The notes: generated by a model not told the origin, from the letters alone. 64,000 bases of DNA from Octopus sinensis (GCF_006345805.1 NC_043009.1:58032001-58096000), one strand, 5' to 3'; numbered from the stretch's first letter, positions 1 to 13,319 are shown. Numbers and translations are program-made.

Positions 1-39
1 TTTACATACAAAATATTAGATATTTCCACCGGAACTCAC

Positions 40-116
40 CTTGTAAAAATGTTGCATAGCAGCCAATAATTTTAGTTTCAGCTACAACAATTTTAAACGC
101 CATTTTGTGATATATT
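40..116 (-). CDS. Candidate 77-nt exon of an unidentified minus-strand gene (IYHKMAFKIVVAETKIIGCYATFLQ)
   Basis: Minus strand: acceptor ttgtctacacttcacag|, donor CAAG|gtgagt, exactly one open frame, ATG in context AAAATGG at 103. No homology recognised. Confidence 0.35.
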
Positions 117-855
117 CTGTGAAGTGTAGACAATATGCATACATATTGACACACATACAAAGAAACGTATGTACACCCACAAGTGCGCGTGCAAACATAC
201 AGATATACACTTACACGAAGGCATACAGTTGTATGTCAACAGTTACAATATACGAGTCGTTTCAAATAGAGATCAGCACAGAGCTGTATCCAGATTCTTC
301 AGAGTATGAAATGTAACGATAACATTTTATTTCTATACTAAGAAAAAACTGGGTTCAGCTCTGTTAATCGTTAAATGAAATACATACAGAGACACACGAA
401 CACTCACGTACAGACATCTACAGAAATATTTACCCAACATATATGTATGTATGTGAGGCATATAAGCGCCTTTCTGTGTCTATGAGTGTATGCATAAATC
501 TATAGATATATGTGCGTTTTGTGTGTATGTATATTTATATATTTTTGCGTGATTGTGTGTGTGCGTGCTAGTGTGCTTGTGTGTGAGTGCTTGAATGTGT
601 GCGGAATCGTGTGTTTACGTGTGTACGTGTGTCTGTGTATGTGTCTGTGTATGTGAGGGAGTTCGTGTACGTGTGTTTGTGTATATTTCTCAGTGTTTCG
701 TTGCAGATGTGTGTAATGGAACGAAGAACATTTTCTAACGGTGTTTGCTCCAACCGGGAGCAGAATGTATCAGTGAAACCATGCAGAACCACCAGCATAC
801 TACACACAGACAAACACCCATATCATATACACGCACTCACACACATAAACGCGTG

Positions 856-1070
<215 letters not shown>

Positions 1071-1449
1071 GCATCCTTTCTGTCGCGGGAGACAATGGAG
1101 TTGCGCATAAAGTAGTCTATATATACAAATATATATATATGTATATTTATACACACACATATATGTTTGCGTGTAGAGAGATATGGCGTTTTGCTTATGC
1201 ATGTGCGTTCTACTGTGTAAACGACTGTACTTACGATACAGTCATATATGTTCTTTGGCGACGGTTGGATGTAATGATCGTAATGAGCGTAGAGGTTGTG
1301 TACATGAGCAGGAATGATGTTGGTGGCACTGGTTTCAGTGATGGTCATTACGGTGGAGTTAGTATTACTGTTGGTGGTATGATAATGGCAAGACTCAGTA
1401 GTGGTGACGATGTGGCTTTGGCTACGGTGCTGTCTATGTCGTAGTTTAT

Positions 1450-2165
1450 CAGTAATGACGTTGATGTGTTAATTTTTGTAGGAGATCGGGATAGCAGTAC
1501 TGGTGGTGGTAATAATGATGTCATGGTGCTGGAAGTGGCAGTCGTCGTGCTGGTAGTAGCTGTGGTAGTAGAAGTGGTATTGTTATAAATGATGGTGATG
1601 ATGTTTGTGATGGTTGAATCGCAGATGAGTGGTTTGGTGTTGGTCGTGGTTATGGTGTTAAGGATTATTATAATGAATATTTTTGTTGTTGTTGTTGTAG
1701 GTGGTGGTGGTGGTGGTGGTGGAGGTAGTATTGTTGATGGCTTTCGTTGGGGGTAGTGATGTTGATATTAGCGCTGCGAGGAATATTGTGGCGATGGTGA
1801 TGGGGATAATGGTGGTCTTAGTGGAGATGGTGTTGCTCTATATTGTTGTTGGTATTGGTGGGGGTGGTGGTGAATAGTGGTGGTTGTATTGGTGGTGATG
1901 GTTGTGGTGGCCTTTGTGTTGGTGTTTTTGGTGGTGGCTGTGGTGGTGGTGGTGATTGTGTTGGTGTTTGTGTTGGAGTTTGTCATGGTTGTGGTGGTAG
2001 TAGTGGTTGTGGTGGTCGTGGTGGTCGTGGTTTGTTGTGGTAGTGGCGGCGTTGGCGGTTGTGGTTGTGGGTTTGGTTGTTGTGATGGTTGCAACAGTTG
2101 TGTTGGTTGTGGAGGTGGTGGTTGTTGCAGTGGTTGAGACTGAGATGGTGGTGACGGTGGTGGGG
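1450..2165. repeat. Degenerate (GGT/GTT)n low-complexity tract
   Basis: Mixed GGT/TGT/GTT triplets giving poly-V and poly-T ORFs. Confidence 0.85.
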
Positions 2166-3068
2166 GAGTGTGATGAAGGCTCGTGGAATTCTTTCGTGAC
2201 GCGAGACGGGAGGGTTTTGTTTACGAATGTGTTTTTGCAATTCATGTGGAACCCAGACAAAATGTAGCCAGAACAAATTTGAGTGGAAAGAGAAAGGAGA
2301 CGAGCATAATAATGATTGAAGATGGTGGGGGCCGGTGGAACGAAAGGAAGCGTAGTAGTATAAGTAGGAATACTTATAGAAGGGGAGGGTTGCAGAGAGC
2401 GGAATGGGACTGGGTCCTTAAGTTTTTATCATATTTATACTTCATGTTTTCTAAGGACTGAGTGTATTTTGAATTATTTTTACATTTGTAGTTTCACTGT
2501 ACGCATAGTAAACTGTAATATGATTCCTGGCAGAGTTGATGGATTGGAACTAGGCAGGTAGGTAAGTAGCAATGGCAGCCGGGGTAGATAGGTAAGTTTT
2601 TAAGTATGGGTAGTGTGGAAGGGTGACGTGGGAAATACCCTTATCTTCCTGCACTCCCATGCCACTACGGAGTCACCCTGCTTAATATAAAAAGGGAAAG
2701 GAAGAGGTTTATATAGATTATTAACATAAAGAAAATGGGTTAACGAGGAAAGTAACACGAATAAAGAAATTAACTCCTGTATGCTGCTATTTCGCTCTAG
2801 GCCGATAATAATTGCGCCAAATTATATAGAGTCGAAGATATTCCAAGCATTGTTTCTTGACTTTTTAAGGAAATTAGGATTACAGTGTAAAGTATATCCT
2901 CCCCATTCTTAACCATGTACGATATGATGTACGGAATAGTTAGGGTATAATTGGATGTGGCTTCTAGAATGTAAGGCTACTACAAACAAGCAATTGCTCC
3001 TTGGCTCAACACCCGAAGGAGATATTTGATGGGTGTAGCATATGAACATGCATATATGTATGTATGTA

Positions 3069-3268
3069 CGAAAGGGTGCTGAAAAGTCCCTGGCTTTAAG
3101 GGTATCGAGAACGGGATGTTTGCAAGGCACAAATTTCCGAGAAACTGAAGGACCGCTGCGATAACCGTGTGAAACTGAGAGGGGGAATAGGTTGAATAAA
3201 ATTATTAGTAACGGAAAATCCTGAAGTTTTCTTTTGCCCAAAACCAGTAACATTCCAGTGCCCCGTCG
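3069..3268 (+). mobile_element. Internally deleted mariner (200-bp non-autonomous derivative)
   Basis: TA on both sides. Imperfect TIRs CGAAAGGGTGCTGAAAAGTCCCTGGC / revcomp CGACGGGGCACTGGAATGTTACTGGT. Interior encodes KLKDRCDNRVKLRGE*VE*, resembling the mariner transposase C-terminus. Confidence 0.75.
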
Positions 3269-3850
3269 TATGAATGCATTTATGGTTCCCGTGTGTTTTT
3301 AATTAATGAAATTCTTCCTCTGAGGAAGAAAGTGGTTTTAAAAAGAAAAAAAAATAGAAAGCTCCATCATTGCAATATAGATAACGAAAACAATGTCACA
3401 TTCTAACAATAGCGAAGCTAGGGTAAACTGCGCCGGCGGCAAGCCGCAAAAATACTCACCCCCTTCTCCTATCAATTACAAAATCCACGATATTATATAG
3501 TACTTATTTGTTACTAGTAATTAATGTCTTAGAACAATATTTTAGGAATAAATACTTTACCAGCTTTCATTTACCTGTCGGTTCGGTACAGCCAATAATT
3601 CAAAACATATTTTGTGAATGTTTACTTTTATGGAGCCTTTTTTTTGACGCCGTTTGTTAAAATGTCTAGATATGACTATAGACAGACAACCGCCATATTG
3701 CGTTTACCTTCAATAACAGCAGAAAACGATATGCTGGATATCCATTTTTACAATTGTAATATTATAAATGGAGTTCAAGCTTATCTTTCTATGGTCAATT
3801 CTACACCCGACTTCAATCGGCGCCCGGAATACGTCTCCCCGCCCGATACG

Positions 3851-3922
3851 CTACTGCATTCTAAACCTGAGAAAAGTCTTGCATATTTTTACTGTTCCAC
3901 GTGTAGATTCTATTTGTGGATG
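3851..3922 (-). mobile_element. R4/Dong-like non-LTR retrotransposon, C-terminal fragment
   Basis: PQIESTRGTVKICKTFLRFRMQ* resembles the recalled C-terminus of Dong/R4-type ORFs (LQIQSxxGTVKICKTFL). Confidence 0.55.
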
Positions 3923-4197
3923 TTCTGCGCTAATGGTCTCGCGAGCTGTCACGCTGGTAGGTCTGAAACGATCACAGAGATGTTGCAGGTGGATGAAGCA
4001 ACACTGTCTGGGTATAGTCACCCGAGGGCGCATTTGCGGGCTCGGTCTGCAGTACTGTTGGTGTTGTTGTATCGTGGTTGCAGGGGATAGATGGCGCTGA
4101 TATGAACATTGTAAGCTTTTGCAACAACCAGAGCACGCTACCTTGCTTGCAGTCGGCCGATACCTTGTTCTCTCTGCGCTGCTGACAATCGGGTCAT
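3923..4197 (-). pseudogene. Tc1-family transposase N-terminal (HTH) fragment
   Basis: MTRLSAAQREQGIGRLQAR*RALVVAKAYNVHISAIYPLQPRYNNTNSTADRAR (frameshift) RPRVTIPRQCCFIHLQHLCDRFRPTSVTARETI matches the Tc1 paired-like HTH / GRPR region. Confidence 0.8.
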
Positions 4198-4299
4198 ACC
4201 TGGTGCGTCGAAATTACGAATTTATTTTAAATCAATTATAAAGAGTTAAACATAGATGGGACATCACAAGGACAGACAAAAACAGATAAGTGTTTGTGT

Positions 4300-5120
4300 G
4301 TGGGGGGAAACGAATTGAAAAAGAAGAGAGAAAACTAACAAAGGGGTGGAATGACGGCCACTCGAACCCCACACTCCGAGTGACAACATTGAACTCTTTT
4401 ACAGCCAGTTGAATTATTAAAGTATTTCTATCATTTTCTAAAATATCTAGAAAACTCGCCATAGATGTCAATGTTTCGACTGCCCCAGCCAGTTCCGCGT
4501 TGTTGTTTTCGTGGCTTGGAGGATCGATATTTTCACCTCCAAGCACATCGTTATCGCCGCCACCAGCCACTTCTGGTGGTATCTCCTCTATCCTTACCCT
4601 GGAAGCTCGTATTTCAAAGTAAGATGGTAGTAATATAATTCCCTCTGTCTACTGGGAGGCCATGGAATGTTGACTTGCCTTTTTTTTCTGTTGGGAACCG
4701 CACTTCTACTCTAGCGTATCTGGTGCCCCTGGCCAGGTACGATATTTCCGGACAGATGCTTGCCAAGCACTTTTAAATTTGTACCTTGGTTGCTATTTCA
4801 ATTTTCTTCTCTTTTATCACAAATGTCTTAAATATCACCGTTTTCTTGCAAATGTCCCTCGTAATTTCATTAGGAGGACCCTGTTCTGTCTTGAACCTCT
4901 CTCTTTTCAGCATATATTGGTCTTTTACCAAGTCCTTCCTTTCGAACTCCACATTCCTCTTTGACATGCCGACCACCGTCGCAAGCTTTTGACATTTTTC
5001 ATTTTTCTTTATTTCCCTCCTCTTGCCAGCTCTTCCTCCATTCCACTCGCGTAATACATCAATTCTCCATCTGACAACTCCACGTCGGATGAACTTACAT
5101 CTTCCTATTTCATCATAGTG
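4300..5120 (-). mobile_element. L1/Tx1-like LINE ORF1 5' fragment, degraded
   Basis: Frameshifted reading: acidic N-terminus (EDVSSSDVELSDGE), TVIFKTFVIKEKKIEIATKVQI*KCLASICPEISYLARGTRYARVEVRFPTE, GIILLPSYFEIRASRVRIEEIPPEV. Resembles Tx1-type ORF1 from memory. Confidence 0.5.
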
Positions 5121-5589
5121 CTTTCTCCATCAAACAAGGTTTGAAACAAAAACTGGACCGCAACAAAGCGGTGCAACAAGAGTGTTATAGAAGCACACGC
5201 AACAACAACGTTCGACAAAGAAACAACCGTAATATAACAAGTGATACTGACCATAATTTACGACACTAACCTCGAAAGCTCAAATTACGAAGGCCAGAAA
5301 AGCGGTTCAAGTTGATCTTTATAACTATAACCTCCACGAGACCTACGTGTATTTCGGGTTCCATGATAGTTGTTTGCGACAGCCACCCACGGCATTCAAC
5401 GCAGCTTCATTTAGTCGTCTCATTTCAGGGCAACATGAAAGGTTACCTGCAGTTTGGGTCTCAGCCATTATCCAATATGCCTTGGAATATTTGCACCTAA
5501 ATCCCCGATTTAAATTTTCAGAATTTACCATATAAAAATGCCATTTCCTTTAGCAGCTCACTGTAAATATTCAACAGCAGTAGGATTCT

Positions 5590-5872
5590 CTATATTTGTT
5601 CCCAGCCCGTCTATTTTCCGGATGGCATTGTATTTTATATTATTTATCAATATTTTTTGCGCCCACTTCATGTTGCATCGGGTGACAGACCTTCATGACA
5701 ATTTTGGGCAACTGCTAATCACGTGTGTTGTCTTCAACACAAACTACACATAGACTACATTTGGGGTTGCATCTGAGGAATCTCAGGACTTCAATGTGGC
5801 TCTTGTTTATTACGTATTTAGTAGCAATCTCCTTTTCTTGATTGCAAATGCATAGCATAGCCTCCAACGTGT
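5590..5872 (-). mobile_element. R4/Dong-like non-LTR retrotransposon, CCHC zinc-knuckle region
   Basis: Across frameshifts: YAFAIK-EKEIATKYVINK...KCSLCVVCVEDN-HVISSCPKLS*...PMQHEV...YNAIRK, fitting the QEQEI..KY / CxxC..H...C / RHD pattern that precedes the RLE endonuclease. Confidence 0.7.
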
Positions 5873-6351
5873 TATGCTTGTACGTACGTACGTAGGTACG
5901 TATGTATGTATGTTTGTATGTATGTATGTATATATGTATGTATGCATGTATGTATGTATGTATGCAGGTATGTATGTAGGTATGTAGGTAAGTATGTGTG
6001 TACGTACGCGTGTTCGCACAAGTACATTCATCTACGTATGCTCCAATGCATTCATTTGTGGAGATCTTTACGTTGTTTCTAAAGGTCAGGTTGCAATACC
6101 CTGTGTGTGTACCCACCTCTATCTCTCTTACTATCTCTCTCTCTCTCTCTACACACACAGACATATATGTACAGATACATACATAATATATATATATATA
6201 GATTCATCTCTTTCTGTGTCTGCCTGTAGGTCTGTCAGTCTATCTATCTATATACGCACACGCGTGCACATACACTCATTTATATATATGCATAAGGCAT
6301 GTATACATAACTATGTATACACACACACATATATATATATACCTACATAAC

Positions 6352-6384
<33 letters not shown>

Positions 6385-6640
6385 CTACATGCATGCATTG
6401 TTATATACAAACACACATGGATGTAGTTATGTGTTTGAGTGTGCCCACGCGTTTCTGGCGGTATTTATATATTACATACATATATACATACATACTTACA
6501 TACATGCATACATACATAGAAACCTGTATACGTCTAAATACGTATATTCATATATAAACATATAAGTAGTTATTTATATGTAAACAGAGATATGGAAATG
6601 AGACACACATTATGCAAATATAATATTTATTATTATTATT

Positions 6641-6680
<40 letters not shown>

Positions 6681-7321
6681 TAATAATAATAATAATAAGA
6701 AGAAGAAGAAGAAGATGAAGTATAAGAGTAAGAATAAGGTGGAGAAGAGGAACGAAGAAGAAAAAGAGAGAAGGAAAAGAGAGAGTGAAAAGAAGAACGG
6801 CACGCACGCAAACACACACACACACACACACACACATACACACACATAAAGAGATCCGCGAAAATGTGTGTATTTAATAATGCCTGTTTGTATGCAATTT
6901 TGACATATATATATATACATATATATATATATGTAAATATATGCGCGTGTCTATGTTTTGGGATAAATGTATGTTAATGCGTGGTGAGGTGTGTGTGTGA
7001 ATGCAGTGCTGACTTATAAATAGAAAGCAATTATTAGAAATAATGTTGAGATATTTCTTTTAAAGCAATATTTGAAGAGATGTCACACACACACACACAC
7101 ACACATGCGCATATATATGACAGCAAACATGCACGTACAGAGGCTCGCATACATTACACATATAGAAGTGCTCCCTCTCTCTCCCTCTCTCTGTTCCTCT
7201 CCCTCTCACGCACAATCCTAAAAGGAATATTTCTTCACTGTGTAAATGTAAGCAAGTATATATAACGACAATGTACAAACACACACAAGATATACAATTA
7301 TGAGATTATACATACACACAC

Positions 7322-7362
<41 letters not shown>

Positions 7363-7399
7363 ATATATATATACATATATATAATATATATATATATAG

Positions 7400-7430
<31 letters not shown>

Positions 7431-7784
7431 GATGTATATATAAAGATTTATGTACATGTATACAGCTTTTATACATTTCATATATATATATTTATATATA
7501 TATATATATATATATGTATATTATATATATATATTTATATATATATATGTATATATATGTAATAATATATACACATCTCTATGTTATACACATATCCATA
7601 CATACATACATACACCTACCCATATACAGAAATGTATATCATTTATAACTAAAGCATTAATATCATCTCAAAGAATGTATAATTTCCAATAATAACACAT
7701 GATATATCAATAATATCATATATTGTAATATAAATTATAATTAAAATCGTATAATATTGGCTAATATATCAATATCTGTATACA

Positions 7785-7841
7785 ATGATAATAATAATAA
7801 CAATACTAATGACAATAATAATAATAATAATAATAATAATG

Positions 7842-7892
<51 letters not shown>

Positions 7893-7982
7893 TTAATAAT
7901 AGCAATGCTACTACTACTACTACTACAACTAATAATACTAATAATAATAGTACTAATAATAACTATAATAATGATATTTATA

Positions 7983-8048
<66 letters not shown>

Positions 8049-8057
8049 GTAATAATA

Positions 8058-8124
<67 letters not shown>

Positions 8125-8135
8125 TAATAATACAA
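7785..8135. repeat. (AAT)n microsatellite
   Basis: About 350 bp of interrupted AAT triplets. Confidence 0.95.
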
Positions 8136-8825
8136 TAAAACAAACTGTATAACATAGGATATGAAAATGAAATCCTCATAGAATATCTAAAATATATGTG
8201 AGATTATCTTGTGATACTTATTTGACGCTTTTACAAATATTAACGAAACATATCATAGTATGGAAAGCCGTAGAAATATTGTGTTTTGCGAAAGATTTTT
8301 ATTACTATTTTTATACGTAAATTTATAAATTTTCACATGCGTCCTGTATATTAAATCTTTCGATTATGCATTTGATATCGTACCATACTTAAAATTCTTA
8401 AAATTTTAACATCAGAAAATTGATACTTTATGTAAAAGAATTTGATTATATCTCTGATTTTGTTCCATACTTGAAGCCTGACACTTAAAATCCTTTCCTT
8501 GTGTAAGAACTCACGACTATCTCGCCGAAGTCGCTCCATACTTATGGTTATTTAATGTATAATATGTGAAATAGATTCATTTTGTAAGTAGCTTCGATTG
8601 TGATGCCTATTTCTGAATTAGCACAAGAAGCAGAAGAGTATATGTGTATCTACACGAATTTCATTCTAGCTACACGCACTTACGCATATACCCACAGAAA
8701 CGCATGTTTATGTATATATGTATCTCTCTCTCTTTCTCTGTCTATCTATCTATGTACATATGTATGTAAGTATAAATATATGCATTCATGTATGTGTGTG
8801 TATGAGACACACACATACACACACA

Positions 8826-9446
8826 CGTTAAGCATTTTGCTCGGCGTGATAACGTTTCTTACATTTTACTACCCACAAGGGGTTACACACAGAGGGGACA
8901 AACACCGACAGACAAACGGATTAAGTCGACTCCAGTGCATAACTGGTACTTATTTAATCGACCCCGAAAGGATGAAAGGAAAAATCGACCTCGTTGGAAT
9001 TTGAACTCAGAACGTAGCGGCAGACGAAATACCTATTTCTTTACTATCCAAAAGTGGCTAAACACAGACGGGACAAACAAGGACAGACAAACGGATAAAT
9101 CGATTAAATCGACCCCAGTGCGTAACTGGAACTTATTTAATCGACCCCGAAATGATGAAAGGCAAAGTCGATCTTGTTGGAATTTGAACTCAGAACGTAG
9201 CGGCAGACGAAATACCTATTTCTTTACTATCCACAAGTGGCTAAACACAGAAGGGACAAACAAGGACAGACAGACGGATAAATCGATTACATCGACCCCA
9301 GTGCGTAACTGGTACTTATTTAATCGACCCCGAAAGGATGAAAGGCAAAGTCGACCTCGGCGGAATTTGAACTCAGAATGTAGCGGCAGACGAAGTACTG
9401 CTAAGTATTTCGCCCGGCGTGCTAACGGTTCTGCCAACTGGCCGCC
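8826..9446 (-). mobile_element. tRNA-derived SINE family B: head plus three tandem body units
   Basis: Head GGCGGCCAGTTGGCAGAACCGTTAGC (A box) and B box GAGTTCAAATTCC. The junction gacgaaatacctatttctttact recurs near 9023 and 9207 (period about 184 bp). A further head fragment lies at 8826-8860. Confidence 0.85.
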
Positions 9447-9517
9447 TTCCATCTGCCGTCTCGATAAGAAACGTCGTAGCAAAAAACAGTGTTTGTTATA
9501 TATCTGTAGAAATAAGC

Positions 9518-9603
<86 letters not shown>

Positions 9604-9689
9604 ATCTATCTATCTATCTATCTACCTACCTACCTATCTATCTATCTATCTATCTATCTATCCTATCTATCTATCTATCTACTACCTAC

Positions 9690-9732
<43 letters not shown>

Positions 9733-9735
9733 CCT
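9518..9735. repeat. (TATC)n microsatellite
   Basis: Direct observation. Confidence 0.95.
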
Positions 9736-9918
9736 CCCGCCTTACCTCTCTCTCTATATATATACACGCACCTACATATCTATATATACTTACAGAAACA
9801 GAATTAGCAATATAAAACAAGTGATTTATTCATATATATACGTACATAGTTATATATGTGGGTGTGTGTGTATGTATTTAGTTCGTATTTCTGTTCGTAG
9901 AATGTATATGTATATGTA

Positions 9919-9997
<79 letters not shown>

Positions 9998-10257
9998 GAA
10001 AATAGACTTAGATTTAATAATAATAATATTTATTATTTGACGTTTCTCAGATTAATTGCATTTTCTACTACAATACTACAACACAATAACTCAAGTCCTT
10101 CTCACAGTATTCTTTTGGATATACAGTGATACACGAGAGATGCAATATATTGATTAACATTGATTAATTTTCATGAGATATAATTCGAAATCGTCTTATA
10201 TACTTATATATTCACACGCATTCTTATACACGCATATACGAGTACACACACGTTCTT

Positions 10258-10288
<31 letters not shown>

Positions 10289-10328
10289 TACATACACTCA
10301 AACATATTCACACACACACACGTATGTA

Positions 10329-11600
10329 TTGGGTTGTCCGGAAATTTCGTGCCGATTTATAGTAACTTACCTTTCGACTTATTTTAGAAGATGGTTGAGT
10401 CCATAAAATAGCATTTGACTACACCTCCATTTAGATCAGAGTTTAAGATATCTTTTCGTGGAAGAAGGTTTATGTTCCTATAACCTGTGTTAATTCTGTA
10501 ACCCTTTAAAATGGAAGATAAGAAAGTTTATTTTCGGGACTTGATGCTTTTCTTTTTCCGTAATGGGAAAAATGCCTCACAAGCAACCAAAGAAATATGC
10601 GCAGTTTACGGTGATGTTTCTTTATCCGAAAGAACTGTACGGAAGTGGTTCGCAAGGTTCCGAGTTGGAGATTGTAGCCTTATTGATAAACAGCAATCAG
10701 GCAGACCATCCACTACAGATGATGACCAAATCATGTCATTAATTGAGAATAACCCACATTGCACAACCCGAGAATTGGCAGAAAGCCTCAACCTATCAGA
10801 ATCCATTGTTCATCAGCGCCTGGTAAAGCTTGGGTACACAAATCACTACGATGCTTAAGTACCATATGAGTTGAGCGAGAAGAATCTTCTAGATCGCATT
10901 TCCATCTATGATTCGCTTTATAAACGGAATGAAAACGCGCCTTTTTTAAAGCAAATTGTGGCAGGTGATGACAAATCAATTATCTACTGAAATGTTCAGA
11001 GAAAGCGATCCTTGAGTAAGCGACATGAGCCACCCTTAGCCACACCAAAAACGGGTCGTCACCCTAAAATATCTTGCTTCGTGTCCGGTGTGATTGGAAA
11101 GGAATTCTGTACTATGAGCTTCTCCCAAGTATCCAGACGATTAATTCTGGACACAACTGCACACAAGTGGACGAGTTAAAAGCAGCAATTCAAGAGAAAC
11201 GTCCAGAATTGGCCATCAGGAAGGATGTCGTTTTCCAACATGATAATGCAAGGTCACACGTTTCTTTGGAACAGACACAAATTGCTGCAGTTCGGCTGCG
11301 ATGTGCTATCCCACCTTCCATATTCAACAAATATTGATCCTTCGGATTTCCACTTATTCAGGTCTCTGCAGAATAGTCTTAATTTAAATTCCTTGGATGA
11401 CGTAAAAAGATACCTTGATGAATTCTTTGCCATGAAACTACCTCAATTCTGAGAAGAGGGTATTTTCAAGTTAAAGGAAAGATGGAGATGCATTGTGCAA
11501 CAAAATGCTTCATATTTGGTTGATTAAAAATGTAATGGCAAGTATTTATTGACCTTTTTCTTTCCTTTAAAAATTGGCACTAACTTTCCGGACAACCCAA
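10329..11600 (+). mobile_element. Near full-length mariner transposon (about 1.27 kb), inactive
   Basis: TIRs TTGGGTTGTCCGGAAATTTCGTGCCGATTT / AAAATTGGCACTAACTTTCCGGACAACCCAA. TA on the left, TT on the right. Confidence 0.95.
10511..11527 (+). pseudogene. Mariner DD34D transposase pseudogene
   Basis: HTH start MEDKKVYFRDLMLFFFRNGKNASQATKEICAVYG, SGRP, *VPYEL (WVPHEL motif), IVAGDDK, FQHDNARSH, HLPYSTNIDPSDFHLFRSLQN (YSPDLAPSD motif), C-terminal CIVQQNASYLVD*. Several stops and frameshifts. Confidence 0.95.
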
Positions 11601-11622
11601 TTCATATATGCATACAATCATG

Positions 11623-11812
11623 CCATCGGTTAACAAGGAGTATTGGTTTGTTTACGTCCCCGTAATCTAGCGTTTCGGCAAAAGAGACCTATAGAATAAG
11701 TACTACTAGACTTACAAAGAATGAGTCCCGAGGTGGAGATTTTCGATTAAAGGTGGTGCTCCAACATGGCCGCATTCAAATGGCTTGAAGAAATAAAAGA
11801 GTAAAAGAAAAT
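11623..11812 (+). mobile_element. SINE family A, 3' half (degraded)
   Basis: cggcaaaagagacctatagaataagtacta...ggtgctccaacatggccgc...aaagagtaaaag matches the tails of the other family A copies. Confidence 0.75.
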
Positions 11813-12062
11813 TAGAAATAGGCGCTAATTTTCGGCATTTTTTGAAACAAAGTTTGTATCTTTTATGAAAATTTTCCGTTGTTTTTGGTTGAGAAGAAAA
11901 ACAGGAACCAAAAGGAGACTCTATGAAAGTAATCAAACTTCGAACAGTCAAACCGAGTTCTTGTAGATTGCAGATATCAACTATTAATAGATTTGTGCCA
12001 ATGTTATTTAATGACTTAAAAGGTAGAAACTTTTTAACTCGATGAGCTTACGGACAGAAACC

Positions 12063-12471
12063 GGCGGCGAGCTGGCAGAAACGTTAGCACGCCGGGCGAA
12101 ATGCTTCGCGGTATTTCATCTGCCACTACGTTGTGAGTTCAAATTCCGCCGAGGTCGACTTTGCCTTCCATTCTTTCGGGGTCGATTAAATAAGTACCAG
12201 TTACGTATTAGGGTCGATATAATCGACTTAATCCGTTTGTCTGTCCTTCTTTGTCCTCTCTGTGTTTGGCCCCTTGTGGGTAGTAAAGAAATAGGTATTT
12301 CGTCTGCCGTTACATTCTGAGTTCAAATTCTGCCGAGGTCGACTTTGCTTTTCATCCTTTCGAGGTCAATATATTGAGTACCAGTTACGCACTGGAGTCG
12401 ATTTAATCGACTTAATCTGTCGTTGTTTGCCCTCTCTGTGTTTAGCCCCTTGTGGGTAGTAAAGAAATAGG
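12063..12471 (+). mobile_element. SINE family B: head plus two tandem units
   Basis: Head GGCGGCGAGCTGGCAGAAACGTTAGC, B box, body repeated across ...aaagaaataggtatttcgtctgcc. Confidence 0.9.
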
Positions 12472-13319
12472 ATAGAAACCGTGATTGTTAGGTTTCTAAA
12501 TTGTGTGTTCATAGTGGAATCAATATTGATTAATGACTGATCGATACTGGCTGAACTTTCATCTGCGATAAACTGAAAGCAACCATTGATTGGACCACTC
12601 AAACGCATTTAACCTATATTCATGAATCAAACGCTCATATATTCCAAATAGGATTCCTGATCCAATGCTTGTTCAGTTCCTTTCAAGTTATCTTTATTTT
12701 ATCTGCTAACCTTATTATCTCGTGCATCTTCTACTACTCAACAAGCTAGGATTGCAAAAGAAGTAATTAGTAGCAAATAAACAAACAAACCCATACCCAA
12801 ACCTGCAAACAAACCGTACCAAACAATAACAGACAGAAAATATTTACAAACACGAAAGTCAAATCCCAACAGTAATCTGCAACATCTTGCAAGTGTTATC
12901 TCCCGTTGCTCCATTCTTTTCGCAGTGAAGGGTATTAATAGTTTAATAAGAAACACTGTGAAAACCGCTGAATTATTTATGTCGTGAAAACAACAAGTCA
13001 ACGTATACACACGCATACACAAATGCATATTCATGCACATATGTATGTGTATATGCATATATATATATATATGTGTGTGTCAGCATATATGTGTATGGAC
13101 ATACAAATACAGATATATATATATATATAAATATACACATATGCACACATGCATGTATCTATTTGAGAGAGTGTGTGTCTGTGTATGCATATGTGTTACA
13201 AACAGGAATTGAATAACGCATGCGTATTTCAATAACTTTACGACTGATTTATACTTCAAACTTCAGGCTTTAAGTTTTTGCATTCATTTATTTTTCTGCC
13301 AAATATAATATACACACGT

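Noticed and set aside
2230-2290. WVPHEL on the minus strand (mariner motif)
   Set aside because: Exact hexapeptide, but the flanking residues do not resemble a mariner transposase and no TIR or catalytic motifs are nearby.
8136-8545. LINE-like peptides after the (AAT)n tract
   Set aside because: Alternative frames suggested different clades; too degraded to assign.
12738-13058. Hydrophobic ORF resembling an ABCC transmembrane segment
   Set aside because: It lies only about 170 bp from the NBD-like peptide, whereas hundreds of codons would be required; the hydrophobicity is explained by T/G-rich composition.
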